Part shown: positions 1-9,022 of the stretch, piece by piece | How the letters are laid out: each line of letters opens with the position of its first letter | Position numbering within the stretch: position 1 is the stretch's first letter | NCBI GenBank assembly: GCA_947090635.1 | Contig: CAMUOM010000001.1 | Coordinates: 42,277-106,276 of the forward strand | DNA from: an uncultured Candidatus Saccharibacteria bacterium | GTDB taxonomy: Bacteria; Patescibacteriota; Saccharimonadia; Saccharimonadales; Saccharimonadaceae | Direction: 5' to 3' | Length of the DNA: 64,000 bases | The notes under the pieces: generated by a model | Seen by the model: the letters and a program-made list of their open reading frames with translations, nothing else | The model's database searches: none | What the model was told of the DNA's origin: nothing | Translations under genes and position numbers: made by a program

Positions 1-2121
1 GACCAACACGCCATAAGTTTCCTTGAGCTGTGGTTCCATCGACGGATGCGGATAAGTAATCGGCTCCTCGCCGTGCTTACGCTTAATAAAAGTATCAATA
101 AACTGCATCGGGCCCGGGCGGTACAATGCCACCATAGCAATAATGTCCTCAAATTGCGTTGGCTTTAGGTCCTTTAAGTAACGCTTCATGCCAGCTGATT
201 CAAGCTGAAACACTCCAGTGGTATCACCCCGCTGCAATAATTTATACGCCTCTTGGTCATCTAGTGGCAAATGGATTAAGTCTAGATTATCACCATACAC
301 CTTGCGAATGATACGGCGGCAATTGTCAATAATCGTCAAGTTGGATAGACCCAAAAAGTCCATTTTTAGCAGGCCCATTTCCTCTACTTCTGGGGCTGGG
401 AACTGTGTCGTGATAACACCCTTCTGAGCAATCTCAAGCGGGATAATATTGATTAATGGCTCCGGCGCAATCACCGTACCGCAAGCATGTACGCCATGAC
501 TACGAATCGTACCTTCTAGCTGAATCGAATAGTCATACACCCGCTTCGCCGTCGGATTAGTGTCATACTCATGCTTCAAATCTGGGTCGCTGGCAATTAA
601 ATCCTTTAAAGTGGCATGATGCGATGATTGTGGCCCGCTCGGCACCAACTTTGATAAACGGTCTGCCTCAGCGTAAGGCACCTCTAGCACCCGCGCCACA
701 TCGCGCACCGCGGCGCGCGACGCCATCGTACCAAATGTCACAATATTGCAAACATGGTCATGGCCATATTTGTCAGCACAATACTGAATCACAGCATCAC
801 GACAAGTATCTTGCATATCGACATCAATATCCGGCATGGAAATACGTTCTGGATTCAAGAAACGCTCAAACAGCAGGTCATACTTTAACGGGTCAAGGTC
901 AGTAATGTTAATCGCGTAAGAGACAATTGACCCAGCCGCTGAACCACGCCCTGGCCCAAACACATAGCCCTGACTCTTACCCCAGTTAATAAAGTCCTGC
1001 ACAATCAAGAAGTAGCCTTCATAACCCATCGAACCAATCACACCAAGCTCCATCTCAGCCCGCTCACGCACTTCGTCCGACAACATCGGCTTGATATCTT
1101 CGATGGCATATTTCTCGGCCTCTTCCGGCTTCATACCGTTATAACGCACCAGTAAACCATGATAAACCAACTTATGAAAATACGAGTGCTCCGTCTCACC
1201 CTCTGGCAAAGACGGGAACTTTGGAATCAAAATCTGGCCAAGTTTTATCTCCACATTACAACGGTCAGCAATTCGCTTGGTATTTAATATCGCTTCTGGG
1301 CAATCATCCTTCCAGTGGTCAATAATGTCACGCGGGTCAGTTAAGTGAAGCTCAAAGTCCTCTAGCGACATGCGATTTTTATCGCTCAAAAACGACCCTG
1401 TGCCCACACATAGTAATATTTCATGTGCTTTCTGATATTCATGCGATAAATAGTGGCCATCACATGTCACCACCAACGGAATGTCTAATTCCTTCGACAT
1501 CTTCATTAGACCATTGTTTATTGTCTCCTGCACCTTCCAATGCGTATGACTTCGCGGATGGCCGTGGTCTTGTAGTTCTAGATAGTAACGGTCGCCGAAC
1601 ACACTCTTATACCATTTTGCGATCTCAACAGCATGCTCATAATCACCCGTCTTAAGCGCCACACCAACTTCACCCGAAGCACAACCTGACAAGACAATCA
1701 GGCCGGCATTCAATTTCTCTAATAGCTCATGGTCAACACGCGGCTTATAGTACATCCCCTCCAGATTAGCCGTCGAAGAAAGGCGCATCAGATTCTTAAA
1801 ACCTTCGTCATTCATTGCTAGCACTGTTAGGTGAAAACGTTGCTTGTCTTTAGCAGGGTCGTGGTCTTGCATACGGCGCGCCGCCACATAAGTTTCGATA
1901 CCTAAAATCGGCTTGAGCCCAGCGGCGTTCGCCTTCTTGTAGTAGGTCAGTACACCAGACAACGTACCATGGTCGGTAATCGCTGCCGCCTCCATGCCAA
2001 ATTCCTTACACTTGCTAATCAAATCATCCAACTGCGTCATGCCGTCAAGCACGCTGTAGGTGGTATGATTGTGCAAGTGTACGAAATCACTGGGCTTAAA
2101 TTCGTACTTTCCCTCACTCAT
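1..2121 (-). CDS. dnaE: DNA polymerase III alpha subunit, N-terminal part (continues beyond window start)
   Basis: Reverse-strand translation from ATG at 2119-2121 gives MSEGKYEFKPSDFVHLHNHTTYSVLDG, the PHP-domain N-terminus typical of DnaE. The frame stays open to position 1. TGcTATAAT lies 7 nt upstream of the ATG. Confidence 0.9.
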   Translation of the reverse strand, partial: MSEGKYEFKPSDFVHLHNHTTYSVLDGMTQLDDLISKCKEFGMEAAAITDHGTLSGVLTYYKKANAAGLKPILGIETYVAARRMQDHDPAKDKQRFHLTVLAMNDEGFKNLMRLSSTANLEGMYYKPRVDHELLEKLNAGLIVLSGCASGEVGVALKTGDYEHAVEIAKWYKSVFGDRYYLELQDHGHPRSHTHWKVQETINNGLMKMSKELDIPLVVTCDGHYLSHEYQKAHEILLCVGTGSFLSDKNRMSLEDFELHLTDPRDIIDHWKDDCPEAILNTKRIADRCNVEIKLGQILIPKFPSLPEGETEHSYFHKLVYHGLLVRYNGMKPEEAEKYAIEDIKPMLSDEVRERAEMELGVIGSMGYEGYFLIVQDFINWGKSQGYVFGPGRGSAAGSIVSYAINITDLDPLKYDLLFERFLNPERISMPDIDVDMQDTCRDAVIQYCADKYGHDHVCNIVTFGTMASRAAVRDVARVLEVPYAEADRLSKLVPSGPQSSHHATLKDLIASDPDLKHEYDTNPTAKRVYDYSIQLEGTIRSHGVHACGTVIAPEPLINIIPLEIAQKGVITTQFPAPEVEEMGLLKMDFLGLSNLTIIDNCRRIIRKVYGDNLDLIHLPLDDQEAYKLLQRGDTTGVFQLESAGMKRYLKDLKPTQFEDIIAMVALYRPGPMQFIDTFIKRKHGEEPITYPHPSMEPQLKETYGVLV

Positions 2122-2195
2122 TATGCCCATTATAGCACATATGCTTACGACGACCTAATCACTAAAGCTACCCTTACATTTACCCGTTTACTTAT

Positions 2196-2534
2196 TTAGC
2201 CTTTAAAGTGTATCGGGGCGCCTTCGTCACTAGCTGGTGGTTCGGTGCCATTACGGCACTTAAAGAAATTTGCCCAATATGGGTTCTCTTTATCAAACAG
2301 CGCCTTTTGTTCTGGCGTAAACTTCCACGGGTAATCACACCATAAGTTAAATATCCTGTGGCGGTCAAAAGAGACTAATAACTCACCCATCATCCTATCT
2401 CCAAAATCAACTTTAGGTTTGTAAGATAAAAAGTGATCTACCCAATATATCTGGTCTTTTTTATTTCTTTTCTCAAAGACATATATGCTATGACCTCGTC
2501 TAATACTATTTGACGGTATCCTTATCTCCTGCAT
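2196..2534 (-). CDS. Small conserved hypothetical protein; paralog of 32904..33206
   Basis: 112-aa ORF whose C-terminal block KFTPEQKALFDKENPYWA-FF is identical to the ORF at 32904..33206. Nucleotide differences between the two copies are synonymous. AGGAG lies about 10 nt upstream. Confidence 0.7.
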   Translation of the reverse strand: MQEIRIPSNSIRRGHSIYVFEKRNKKDQIYWVDHFLSYKPKVDFGDRMMGELLVSFDRHRIFNLWCDYPWKFTPEQKALFDKENPYWANFFKCRNGTEPPASDEGAPIHFKG

Positions 2535-2607
2535 TTATGAATATCTCCTAATATTAATATACCCTATACGCCAACTGAATGTAATAAGAGATGCCTTGTC
2601 AAATAAC

Positions 2608-2700
2608 TTGACTTTCTAATTGGAGTTTGACAGAATAGAAGTATAAGGCGATTTGGGATCGCGAGCACCTATAGTTCGCGGTCGCTGAATCGCCTTTTTA
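2608..2700 (+). ncRNA. Candidate small structured RNA unit A1 (promoter + hairpin + U-tract)
   Basis: -35 TTGACT at 2608-2613, 17-nt spacer, weak -10 CAGAAT. Hairpin 2645-2696 has outer stem aaggcgatt/aatcgcctt and inner stem gatcgcg/cgcggtc with one G-U pair. It is followed by TTTTT. Confidence 0.4.
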
Positions 2701-2719
2701 GTATTATATAAAAATCCCG

Positions 2720-2811
2720 TTGACTTTTTGAGCTTTATTTAATATAATAAACGTATAAGGCGATTTGGGATCGTGGAATGCATATTCTGCGGTCGCTGAA
2801 TCGCCTTTTTT
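2720..2811 (+). ncRNA. Candidate small structured RNA unit A2 (promoter + hairpin + U-tract)
   Basis: -35 TTGACT at 2720-2725, 17-nt spacer, consensus -10 TATAAT at 2743-2748. Hairpin 2757-2807 has the same outer stem as A1 and is followed by TTTTTT. Confidence 0.45.
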
Positions 2812-2925
2812 AATACCGTAATTTTAAAATAATCATTTAGAATTACAGCAAAAGATTTAATATAGTTGTATTAGAATCGCAAGTAACTTTAAAATACACT
2901 CAATTGCCACTCATAGAAACTCAAC

Positions 2926-2969
2926 AATCTATCACTCGTCGGTTGGTTATATAGATAGAGTGATAGATT
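2926..2969. repeat. Perfect 12-bp inverted repeat (aatctatcactc / gagtgatagatt) with a 20-nt spacer
   Basis: Arms lie at 2926-2937 and 2958-2969 and are exact reverse complements. The repeat is intergenic, between the hairpin units and the ytxH-like gene. Confidence 0.6.
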
Positions 2970-3019
2970 AGACTTATTTAACCTAGCTTATAGCGAGCCT
3001 ATTCTATAGCACATAAGCT

Positions 3020-3343
3020 TTATTTTTGGGTATTTTTGCGGAGATTTGCAATGTCGTCTTTTAATTCTTGAGCTTCGTCTTTAGCAAAATCAGAGATATT
3101 GCCAGCGTGCTTAGTTGCAATATCAGCCGTAGCATCAAAACCATCTTGTGCCGCCTGCTTAACGTCAGCTGCCTTCTGAGTAGCTGCATCCTTTAACTCA
3201 TTAGCCTTATTGGCTAAATCAGCACGCGTCTCTTTACCCGATTTTGGTGCAGTTAGTAAACCAACGATAGCGCCAGCTGCAATACCAAGCAGGGCACCTA
3301 GCGCAAACTTACCAGCACCGGATTTGTTATTCTGATTCGACAT
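3020..3343 (-). CDS. YtxH-like stress protein (DUF948/YtxH family)
   Basis: The N-terminus GALLGIAAGAIVGLLTAPKSGKETR matches the YtxH motif. The rest is Ala/Lys/Asp-rich. AAGGAGG SD upstream. Confidence 0.7.
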   Translation of the reverse strand: MSNQNNKSGAGKFALGALLGIAAGAIVGLLTAPKSGKETRADLANKANELKDAATQKAADVKQAAQDGFDATADIATKHAGNISDFAKDEAQELKDDIANLRKNTQK

Positions 3344-3617
3344 GATTATTCCTCCTTTTATTCAAATAATATCTAATATATTTAACTATCACCTTCATAA
3401 CCACTGCTGGCGACACCAACTGACTAACCGACGCAGTGATGGTCCTGACATTGCGCGAACTCTCGCAAAGATTATTACTAATGTCTTCAACATTGCTGAC
3501 CACGTGTTTAATCTTACGCGAGATGCGAATCAGAATGATTGCAAGGGCAATTCCTAGCGCCAAAAACACGGCTAGCGCAATCGCCAATATAACAACCAAT
3601 ATCTGAAATACGTCCAT
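3327..3617 (-). CDS. Small membrane protein (DUF948-like), adjacent to the YtxH-like gene
   Basis: N-terminal TM helix MDVFQILVVILAIALAVFLALGIALAIILI. The start was chosen at the ATG at 3615-3617 because TGcTATATT lies 7 nt upstream. The track ORF extends further upstream from a TTG. Confidence 0.5.
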   Translation of the reverse strand: MDVFQILVVILAIALAVFLALGIALAIILIRISRKIKHVVSNVEDISNNLCESSRNVRTITASVSQLVSPAVVMKVIVKYIRYYLNKRRNNHVESE

Positions 3618-3685
3618 TAAGCTAAATATAGCATAAACATAATAAATAGTCAAATAAAAGACCCAGCATAGCTGGGCCTTTGGGA

Positions 3686-4567
3686 TTATCGTTTAATTAT
3701 ATAGTCACGCAAGCGGTCATAGCAAGCTTCGTCATGGTCATGTACGTAGCTTAGCGTTGCTCGGCAATAATTCTCCGGATCGCCCGTAGTACGCCAGCGA
3801 CCCTCGGTTCGCTCAACATACACTGGCTTCTGCATTGCTAGCTTCGTGATAGCATCTACTGTCCAGAGTTCGCGGTCTTTACCGATAGCATTTGGCTTGA
3901 GGTACTCAAATATCTCTGGCGTTAGTAGATAGCGGCCATAAGACGCTAAAGTCGATGGTGCCTTGCCAATCTCTGGCTTTTCAACAATGTTGTCAAGTAG
4001 ATTGCCGTTCTTTAGCTTAACAATACCGTACTTGTCAACTTGGCTTTCATCAATTTCCTGCGTCATAATCACGCCCGCTGCATCAGAGTGCTTTGCGTAA
4101 GCCTCCAACAAAGTAGCAACATCGGATGAGCCAAACACCACATCATCGCTATAAAGCACCACAAATGCTTCATCTGGGAAGATGAAATCTCGTTTGTAGG
4201 CGGTTACTAACGGTGAACCGTTGCCGTATGGCAAAGCTTGGTCTTGCTCGATGATGCTAATCTTCGGGAAGTTTAGCACATGATTAACCTTCTCAAAGCG
4301 GTCCGTCTTGCCCTGACTGCGCAGTTGTTTACGAATGCGTGTCGCGCCATTGTTGAAATAGTCTTCATAAATCGGCTTACCTTCAGGGGTAGTCACAATG
4401 ATGATATCAACAATTCCTGCTTGGGCACACTCCTCAACTGCCAGCTGTATTACTGGCTTATCCCAAATAGGTAACATACCCTTCGGGATAGTCTTGGTGA
4501 TTGGCAAGAAACGGCTTGCATAACCTGCATCAGTGATAATTGCCTTGGTAGGCATTTTATATATCAT
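3686..4567 (-). CDS. galU: UTP--glucose-1-phosphate uridylyltransferase
   Basis: KAIITDAGYASRFLPITKTIPKGMLPI is the nucleotidyltransferase signature, and the length fits GalU. The start was chosen at the Met with AAGGAG 7 nt upstream. Confidence 0.85.
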   Translation of the reverse strand: MIYKMPTKAIITDAGYASRFLPITKTIPKGMLPIWDKPVIQLAVEECAQAGIVDIIIVTTPEGKPIYEDYFNNGATRIRKQLRSQGKTDRFEKVNHVLNFPKISIIEQDQALPYGNGSPLVTAYKRDFIFPDEAFVVLYSDDVVFGSSDVATLLEAYAKHSDAAGVIMTQEIDESQVDKYGIVKLKNGNLLDNIVEKPEIGKAPSTLASYGRYLLTPEIFEYLKPNAIGKDRELWTVDAITKLAMQKPVYVERTEGRWRTTGDPENYCRATLSYVHDHDEACYDRLRDYIIKR

Positions 4568-4649
4568 TTTAAACTCCTTTAATATCCCTCGAATGTACTG
4601 GGGCAAACCCCTATTACTATGATATCACACTGATTTTGCTAGTGCTTGG

Positions 4650-6140
4650 CTATTGCAGCTTTTTGCGCAAAATGTCCTGCGCGAGGCTTGGATTAGCTTT
4701 GCCTTTAGAAGCCTTCATTACTTGACCAACCAAGAAGCCAATCACCTTTTCGTTACCCGCCTTGAAATCAGCCACCGCCTTTTGGCAAGCTGCGCTGGCA
4801 ATCACTTCGTCAACGACCTTTTCGATCGCGCCAGTATCGCTCACCTGCAAAAGATTCTTACTCTTAGCAATCTCCTCTGGGTTGGCATCCTTTACTAATA
4901 GCTCGGCAAATATTTCTTTACCAGCAGTTGAAGATACCTGTTTTTGTTCTAACATCTGTGCTAGCTTAACCAAATGTTCAACACTCGGCAAATTTAGTTC
5001 CTTCTTAGCGGCATCAGTATCGTCCTCGCTTGGCAGTGCAGAGGCAAACAAGTTAGCGATACGGCGGGCCACTTGGTCGCCAGCTTGGTCGATAATCTTG
5101 CCAACCAATTCCGCAACAATTTCAGTATTAAGCAACACTCGCACCACCGAATCATCCACCTGCATGGCAGCGAATTTAGCTCGATATTCAGCCGGCATCA
5201 TTGGCATATTTGCTTGCATCTTAGCAATATCATCATTCGTCAACACCACTGGTGGGATATCCGCATCTGGCATATAACGATAGTCCTGCGCATCTTCCTT
5301 GCCACGCTGCTTAAAGGTCTCCTGCTTCGCTTCCGACCAGCCACGCGTCTGCTGTTCGACTTCACCACCGCCTTCAATCACGGCAATTTGACGATTAATC
5401 TCATACTCCGTAGCGCGCTCGACAGCACGGAATGAGTTAAGGTTCTTTAGCTCAGTACGCGTGCCCATTGGTTCGCCCGGCTTTGCCACCGAGATATTAA
5501 CGTCAAAGCGCATATTGCCATGATACAAATCACCTAGCGTAACCTTAGCAAAAGTCATTAGAAGATGTAATTCTTCAGTGTAGGCCCGCGCCATTGCCGC
5601 TGAATGCATATCTGGCTCCGACACAATCTCCACTAGAGGCGTACCGGCGCGGTTTAAGTCTACTAACGAATGGTCGCTAAAGTGCGTCAGTTTACCAGCA
5701 TCTTCCTCGACATGAGCGTGGTGAATACGCACTGTTTCACCGGTCGGCAAATCAACATGGCCGCCCAAAATCAATGGCTCATACATCTGTGATATCTGAT
5801 ATCCCTTTGGCAAATCTGGGTAAAAATAGTGCTTGCGGTCAAACCGACTAACATGTGCAATCTTACTATTAAGGGCGTATCCAGCGCGCGCCGCCAAACG
5901 AATCGCTTCACGGTTTAACATCGGCAGCATACCTGGTAAACCATAATCAATCACGCTCACTTTAGTGTTTGGCTCCGCATCACGTGCATCATTATCTGTG
6001 GCGCTAAACAGCTTTGTCTTACTATTAAGCTGCACGTGGCACTCAATGCCAATTGTTGGCAAATAGCCCTTCACCAAATATTTTTCTACATCACCGGCAA
6101 TCACTGTGCCATGTTCACCTGCATTACCTAAATCGTTCAT
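4650..6140 (-). CDS. gatB: Asp/Glu-tRNA amidotransferase subunit B
   Basis: IGIECHVQLNSKTKLFS and the overall length and composition are GatB-like. AGGAGG SD upstream. Confidence 0.9.
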   Translation of the reverse strand: MNDLGNAGEHGTVIAGDVEKYLVKGYLPTIGIECHVQLNSKTKLFSATDNDARDAEPNTKVSVIDYGLPGMLPMLNREAIRLAARAGYALNSKIAHVSRFDRKHYFYPDLPKGYQISQMYEPLILGGHVDLPTGETVRIHHAHVEEDAGKLTHFSDHSLVDLNRAGTPLVEIVSEPDMHSAAMARAYTEELHLLMTFAKVTLGDLYHGNMRFDVNISVAKPGEPMGTRTELKNLNSFRAVERATEYEINRQIAVIEGGGEVEQQTRGWSEAKQETFKQRGKEDAQDYRYMPDADIPPVVLTNDDIAKMQANMPMMPAEYRAKFAAMQVDDSVVRVLLNTEIVAELVGKIIDQAGDQVARRIANLFASALPSEDDTDAAKKELNLPSVEHLVKLAQMLEQKQVSSTAGKEIFAELLVKDANPEEIAKSKNLLQVSDTGAIEKVVDEVIASAACQKAVADFKAGNEKVIGFLVGQVMKASKGKANPSLAQDILRKKLQ

Positions 6141-6148
6141 CATTCCTC

Positions 6149-6577
6149 CTATATTGCGCCCACTGCTTTTAGTGCTGTCTTATAAATGTCTAGCATCTGC
6201 TTTGATACCTTTAAGTCAATTCTTGTATCAACTTCATGGACTATCTTATTGCGAATCCGATGCGCCGCCCAAACTGCCTTTTGATTTTTTATTTCACCAC
6301 TAGCTGATTTTAATCGCTCCGCCATGGTATTACCTTTATAGCCTAGTTCTTTCAATGCTCGGTCGAGCAGTTTATCGGCCGACATAATAGCAAACTGATA
6401 AGTTGCAGCATTGTTTTTGTCTAGGTTATTCTCAATATCAAGCCATGCCGCACGATATTGCGCTTGGTCAAGTTTCTTCGCGGTACCGTGCGTCAAAAAG
6501 ATAATCACAAGTAACGCTAGGCCAATTAGCGCAATAACAACTAGTAGCAAAATAATTGGGAGCGGCGAATCGCCCAT
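6149..6577 (-). CDS. Small membrane-anchored protein inserted between gatA and gatB; contains an Rx4H motif
   Basis: 142 aa with an N-terminal TM helix. The C-terminal helical region carries AAHRIRNKIVHE (R-x4-H). Its start overlaps the gatA stop as TAATG, and it ends 5 nt before gatB. Confidence 0.55.
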   Translation of the reverse strand: MGDSPLPIILLLVVIALIGLALLVIIFLTHGTAKKLDQAQYRAAWLDIENNLDKNNAATYQFAIMSADKLLDRALKELGYKGNTMAERLKSASGEIKNQKAVWAAHRIRNKIVHEVDTRIDLKVSKQMLDIYKTALKAVGAI

Positions 6578-7986
6578 TAAGCCTTAGCCTCCATCTGCTT
6601 TGCCACCGCCAAAACGCCGGAGTCATCCTTCATCTTACCAATCAACTGTACGCCAACTGGCAAACCGTCAGCAGTATTACCACTCGGCACCGATATAGCT
6701 GGCAGCCCAGCCATACTTGCTGGCACCGTCATCGCATCCGCCAGATACATCTTTAGTGGATCAGAGGTGTTTTCACCTAGCTTAAAGGCAGGCGTTGGTG
6801 CGGTTGGGCAAATCAAGTAATCGTATTGCTCAAACAACTTATTGAACTCGTTAATCAATAACGTGCGAGCACGCTGCGCCTTGAGGTAATAAGCATCAAA
6901 GTAACCAGAACTCAACACGTATGAGCCAATTAAGATACGACGCTTGTTTTCATCCATAAAGCCTTCGCTACGGCTCATGCCATAGATATCGCCAAGCGAT
7001 TTAGCATTCTTAGAACGATAACCATAACGGATACCATCAAACCGGCCTAGGTTTGAAGTCACCTCAGCTGGAACCACGATGTAGTACATAGCTAGCGCAT
7101 ACTTAGCTGCCGGCAGTGATACTTCGTCAACCGTAGCACCCTGCTTTTGCAAGTGTTCAACCATAGCCTTAGTTTGCTTTACGACGTCAGAGTTGACGTC
7201 ATCCGTCATGAAGTCTTTAATTAAACCAATTTTCAGGCCTGACTTAGCTGGCTGCTCGGTCTTAAAATAGCTAGGATAAACATTGCCATCACGCTGATCT
7301 TGACCAGCTAAAATATCGCACACGATTTCCGCATCACGTACGGTTCGCGCCAATGGCCCAACCACATCAGTTGAACTAGCCATCGCCACTACACCATAGC
7401 GACTAATCATACCATAGGTTGGCTTAAATCCTACCACACCATTAAAGCTTGCTGGTTGACGAATCGAACCACCAGTGTCCGTACCCAAAGCAAACGGTAC
7501 TACACCAGCCGCCACAATCGCCGCTGAACCACCAGATGAACCACCCGGCACGCGCTCAAAATCTACTGCATTGTGAGTTGGCCCAAAATAGCTATTTTCA
7601 GTAGAACCGCCATGAGCAAAAGCGTCTAGGTTAGCCTTACCAATCAAAATAGCATCTTCTTGGTCAAGTTTATCAATTGCCGTTGCGTTAATTGGCGACT
7701 TAAAATTCTCCAAAATGTGTGCTGCCGCAGTCGTATGACCAACTTTGGTCAAAAAGTTGTCCTTAGCTACGTATGGCACACCCGCTAAACGACCAACCGG
7801 CTGACCGGCCTTAATTTTAGCATCAATTTCATCCGCCCGCTTCAAAGCTTCATCTTTAAATACCTCAAGCAGAGCGTGTAGTTCTTTAGTAGCTTCAGCA
7901 CGCGCCAAAGCCTGCTCAACTTCAGCACGAGCTGTAGTTTTGCCTGATTTAACATTAGTTACAATCTGTTCAATCTCGCTTTGCAT
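6577..7986 (-). CDS. gatA: Glu-tRNA(Gln) amidotransferase subunit A
   Basis: Amidase signature GGSSGGSAAIVAAG. 469 aa. AGGAGG SD upstream. Confidence 0.9.
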   Translation of the reverse strand: MQSEIEQIVTNVKSGKTTARAEVEQALARAEATKELHALLEVFKDEALKRADEIDAKIKAGQPVGRLAGVPYVAKDNFLTKVGHTTAAAHILENFKSPINATAIDKLDQEDAILIGKANLDAFAHGGSTENSYFGPTHNAVDFERVPGGSSGGSAAIVAAGVVPFALGTDTGGSIRQPASFNGVVGFKPTYGMISRYGVVAMASSTDVVGPLARTVRDAEIVCDILAGQDQRDGNVYPSYFKTEQPAKSGLKIGLIKDFMTDDVNSDVVKQTKAMVEHLQKQGATVDEVSLPAAKYALAMYYIVVPAEVTSNLGRFDGIRYGYRSKNAKSLGDIYGMSRSEGFMDENKRRILIGSYVLSSGYFDAYYLKAQRARTLLINEFNKLFEQYDYLICPTAPTPAFKLGENTSDPLKMYLADAMTVPASMAGLPAISVPSGNTADGLPVGVQLIGKMKDDSGVLAVAKQMEAKA

Positions 7987-7994
7987 ATCACCTC

Positions 7995-8279
7995 CTATAA
8001 TACCTTTGGCACTTTAACTTGCCCTGCCTCTTGGTCGGGAGCCAATGCTAGCAAAGTCTCGCGTGGCAACTGTTCTTCTATCACATCGTCACGCATTACA
8101 TTTTGTAGCCCTGTAACTTGAAACGTTGGCTCAACACCCTCAGTATTAAGTTCATCGAGCATATTAATATATTTCACAATATTATCAAGCTGGGTTGTGA
8201 GAGCCTCAGCCTGTTCGTCCGATACATTGATCTGACTCAGCGTCGCGAGATGGCGCACATCATCTTTACTTACACTCAT
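7995..8279 (-). CDS. gatC: Asp/Glu-tRNA amidotransferase subunit C
   Basis: 94 aa, with DVRHLATLSQINVSDEQAEALTTQLDNIVKYINML typical of GatC. TGcTATAAT lies 8 nt upstream of the ATG. Confidence 0.85.
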   Translation of the reverse strand: MSVSKDDVRHLATLSQINVSDEQAEALTTQLDNIVKYINMLDELNTEGVEPTFQVTGLQNVMRDDVIEEQLPRETLLALAPDQEAGQVKVPKVL

Positions 8280-8295
8280 TACCTATCATTATAGC

Positions 8296-8323
8296 AAAAA
8301 TCCCCGCTTTTGCGGGGATTTTG
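8296..8323. terminator. Bidirectional intrinsic terminator
   Basis: aaaaatccccgc-tttt-gcggggattttt: a GC-rich 8-bp stem flanked by an A-run and a T-run. Confidence 0.7.
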
Positions 8324-8330
8324 TTGAGCT

Positions 8331-8999
8331 TTAGTGTTGTAATAGATACTTAATTGCCCTATCTTCATTCCGTTGAGTACTATAGCTTGGAACGCTAGTC
8401 GTATTCTCATGGGTTTTCACTACGATAGCTACAATCACCATCAGTAAGGCAATACCAGCTAACGCTGCTACCACAATTGCCGCATTTGAGTTAGTTAAGC
8501 TCTTCGCCTTCATCTTACTAAACATAACTACTGCACCGATAGCACCAGCAGCACCAGCTAATGCTGGGAAGACATTACCAAACATCAAGTACTTCCAATC
8601 GCCAGAGCCACCAGCAGTCAAGAGTAGTTGCAAAATACCAGATACGGCAGTAACTACAGCAATTACTACAACAATCCAAGCAGCTGCACTCACTGACCCA
8701 GCCACACTCTTGCGTGCATCGTCGTCAACCGCATCCTTTTTATTCTTGGCTAATAAACCTTTGCAGAAAAACACTACTCCAGCACAAGCTGCTGCCATCA
8801 CGCCAGCATAAGATAAAGTAGGCGCAACTAACGACAAAATGCCGTTAGTGTCATATGATACACCACACATATAAACAATTGCCCCAACTAGCGCCATTGC
8901 ACCAGCAGTCATACCTAGTAAAATAGCAATCATCATTGCAGTGTACACTGTACGCATCGATGCCTTCTTAGCTAGACTCAATTCTTCTTTCACGTTCAT
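8331..8999 (-). CDS. Hypothetical polytopic membrane protein
   Basis: 222 aa with several Ala/Gly-rich hydrophobic segments. AGGAGG SD upstream. Confidence 0.55.
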   Translation of the reverse strand: MNVKEELSLAKKASMRTVYTAMMIAILLGMTAGAMALVGAIVYMCGVSYDTNGILSLVAPTLSYAGVMAAACAGVVFFCKGLLAKNKKDAVDDDARKSVAGSVSAAAWIVVVIAVVTAVSGILQLLLTAGGSGDWKYLMFGNVFPALAGAAGAIGAVVMFSKMKAKSLTNSNAAIVVAALAGIALLMVIVAIVVKTHENTTSVPSYSTQRNEDRAIKYLLQH

Positions 9000-9022
9000 T
9001 CCTCCTCGTTTATGTTTATATG

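Noticed and set aside
2641-2815. Could the hairpin repeats be a CRISPR array or a type III (ToxIN-like) RNA antitoxin array?
   Set aside because: There are only two units per locus. They are not identical direct repeats, and they are separated by promoter-containing spacers and not by regular spacers. Each ends in its own U-tract. The orientation is divergent from the protein gene, unlike toxI-toxN.
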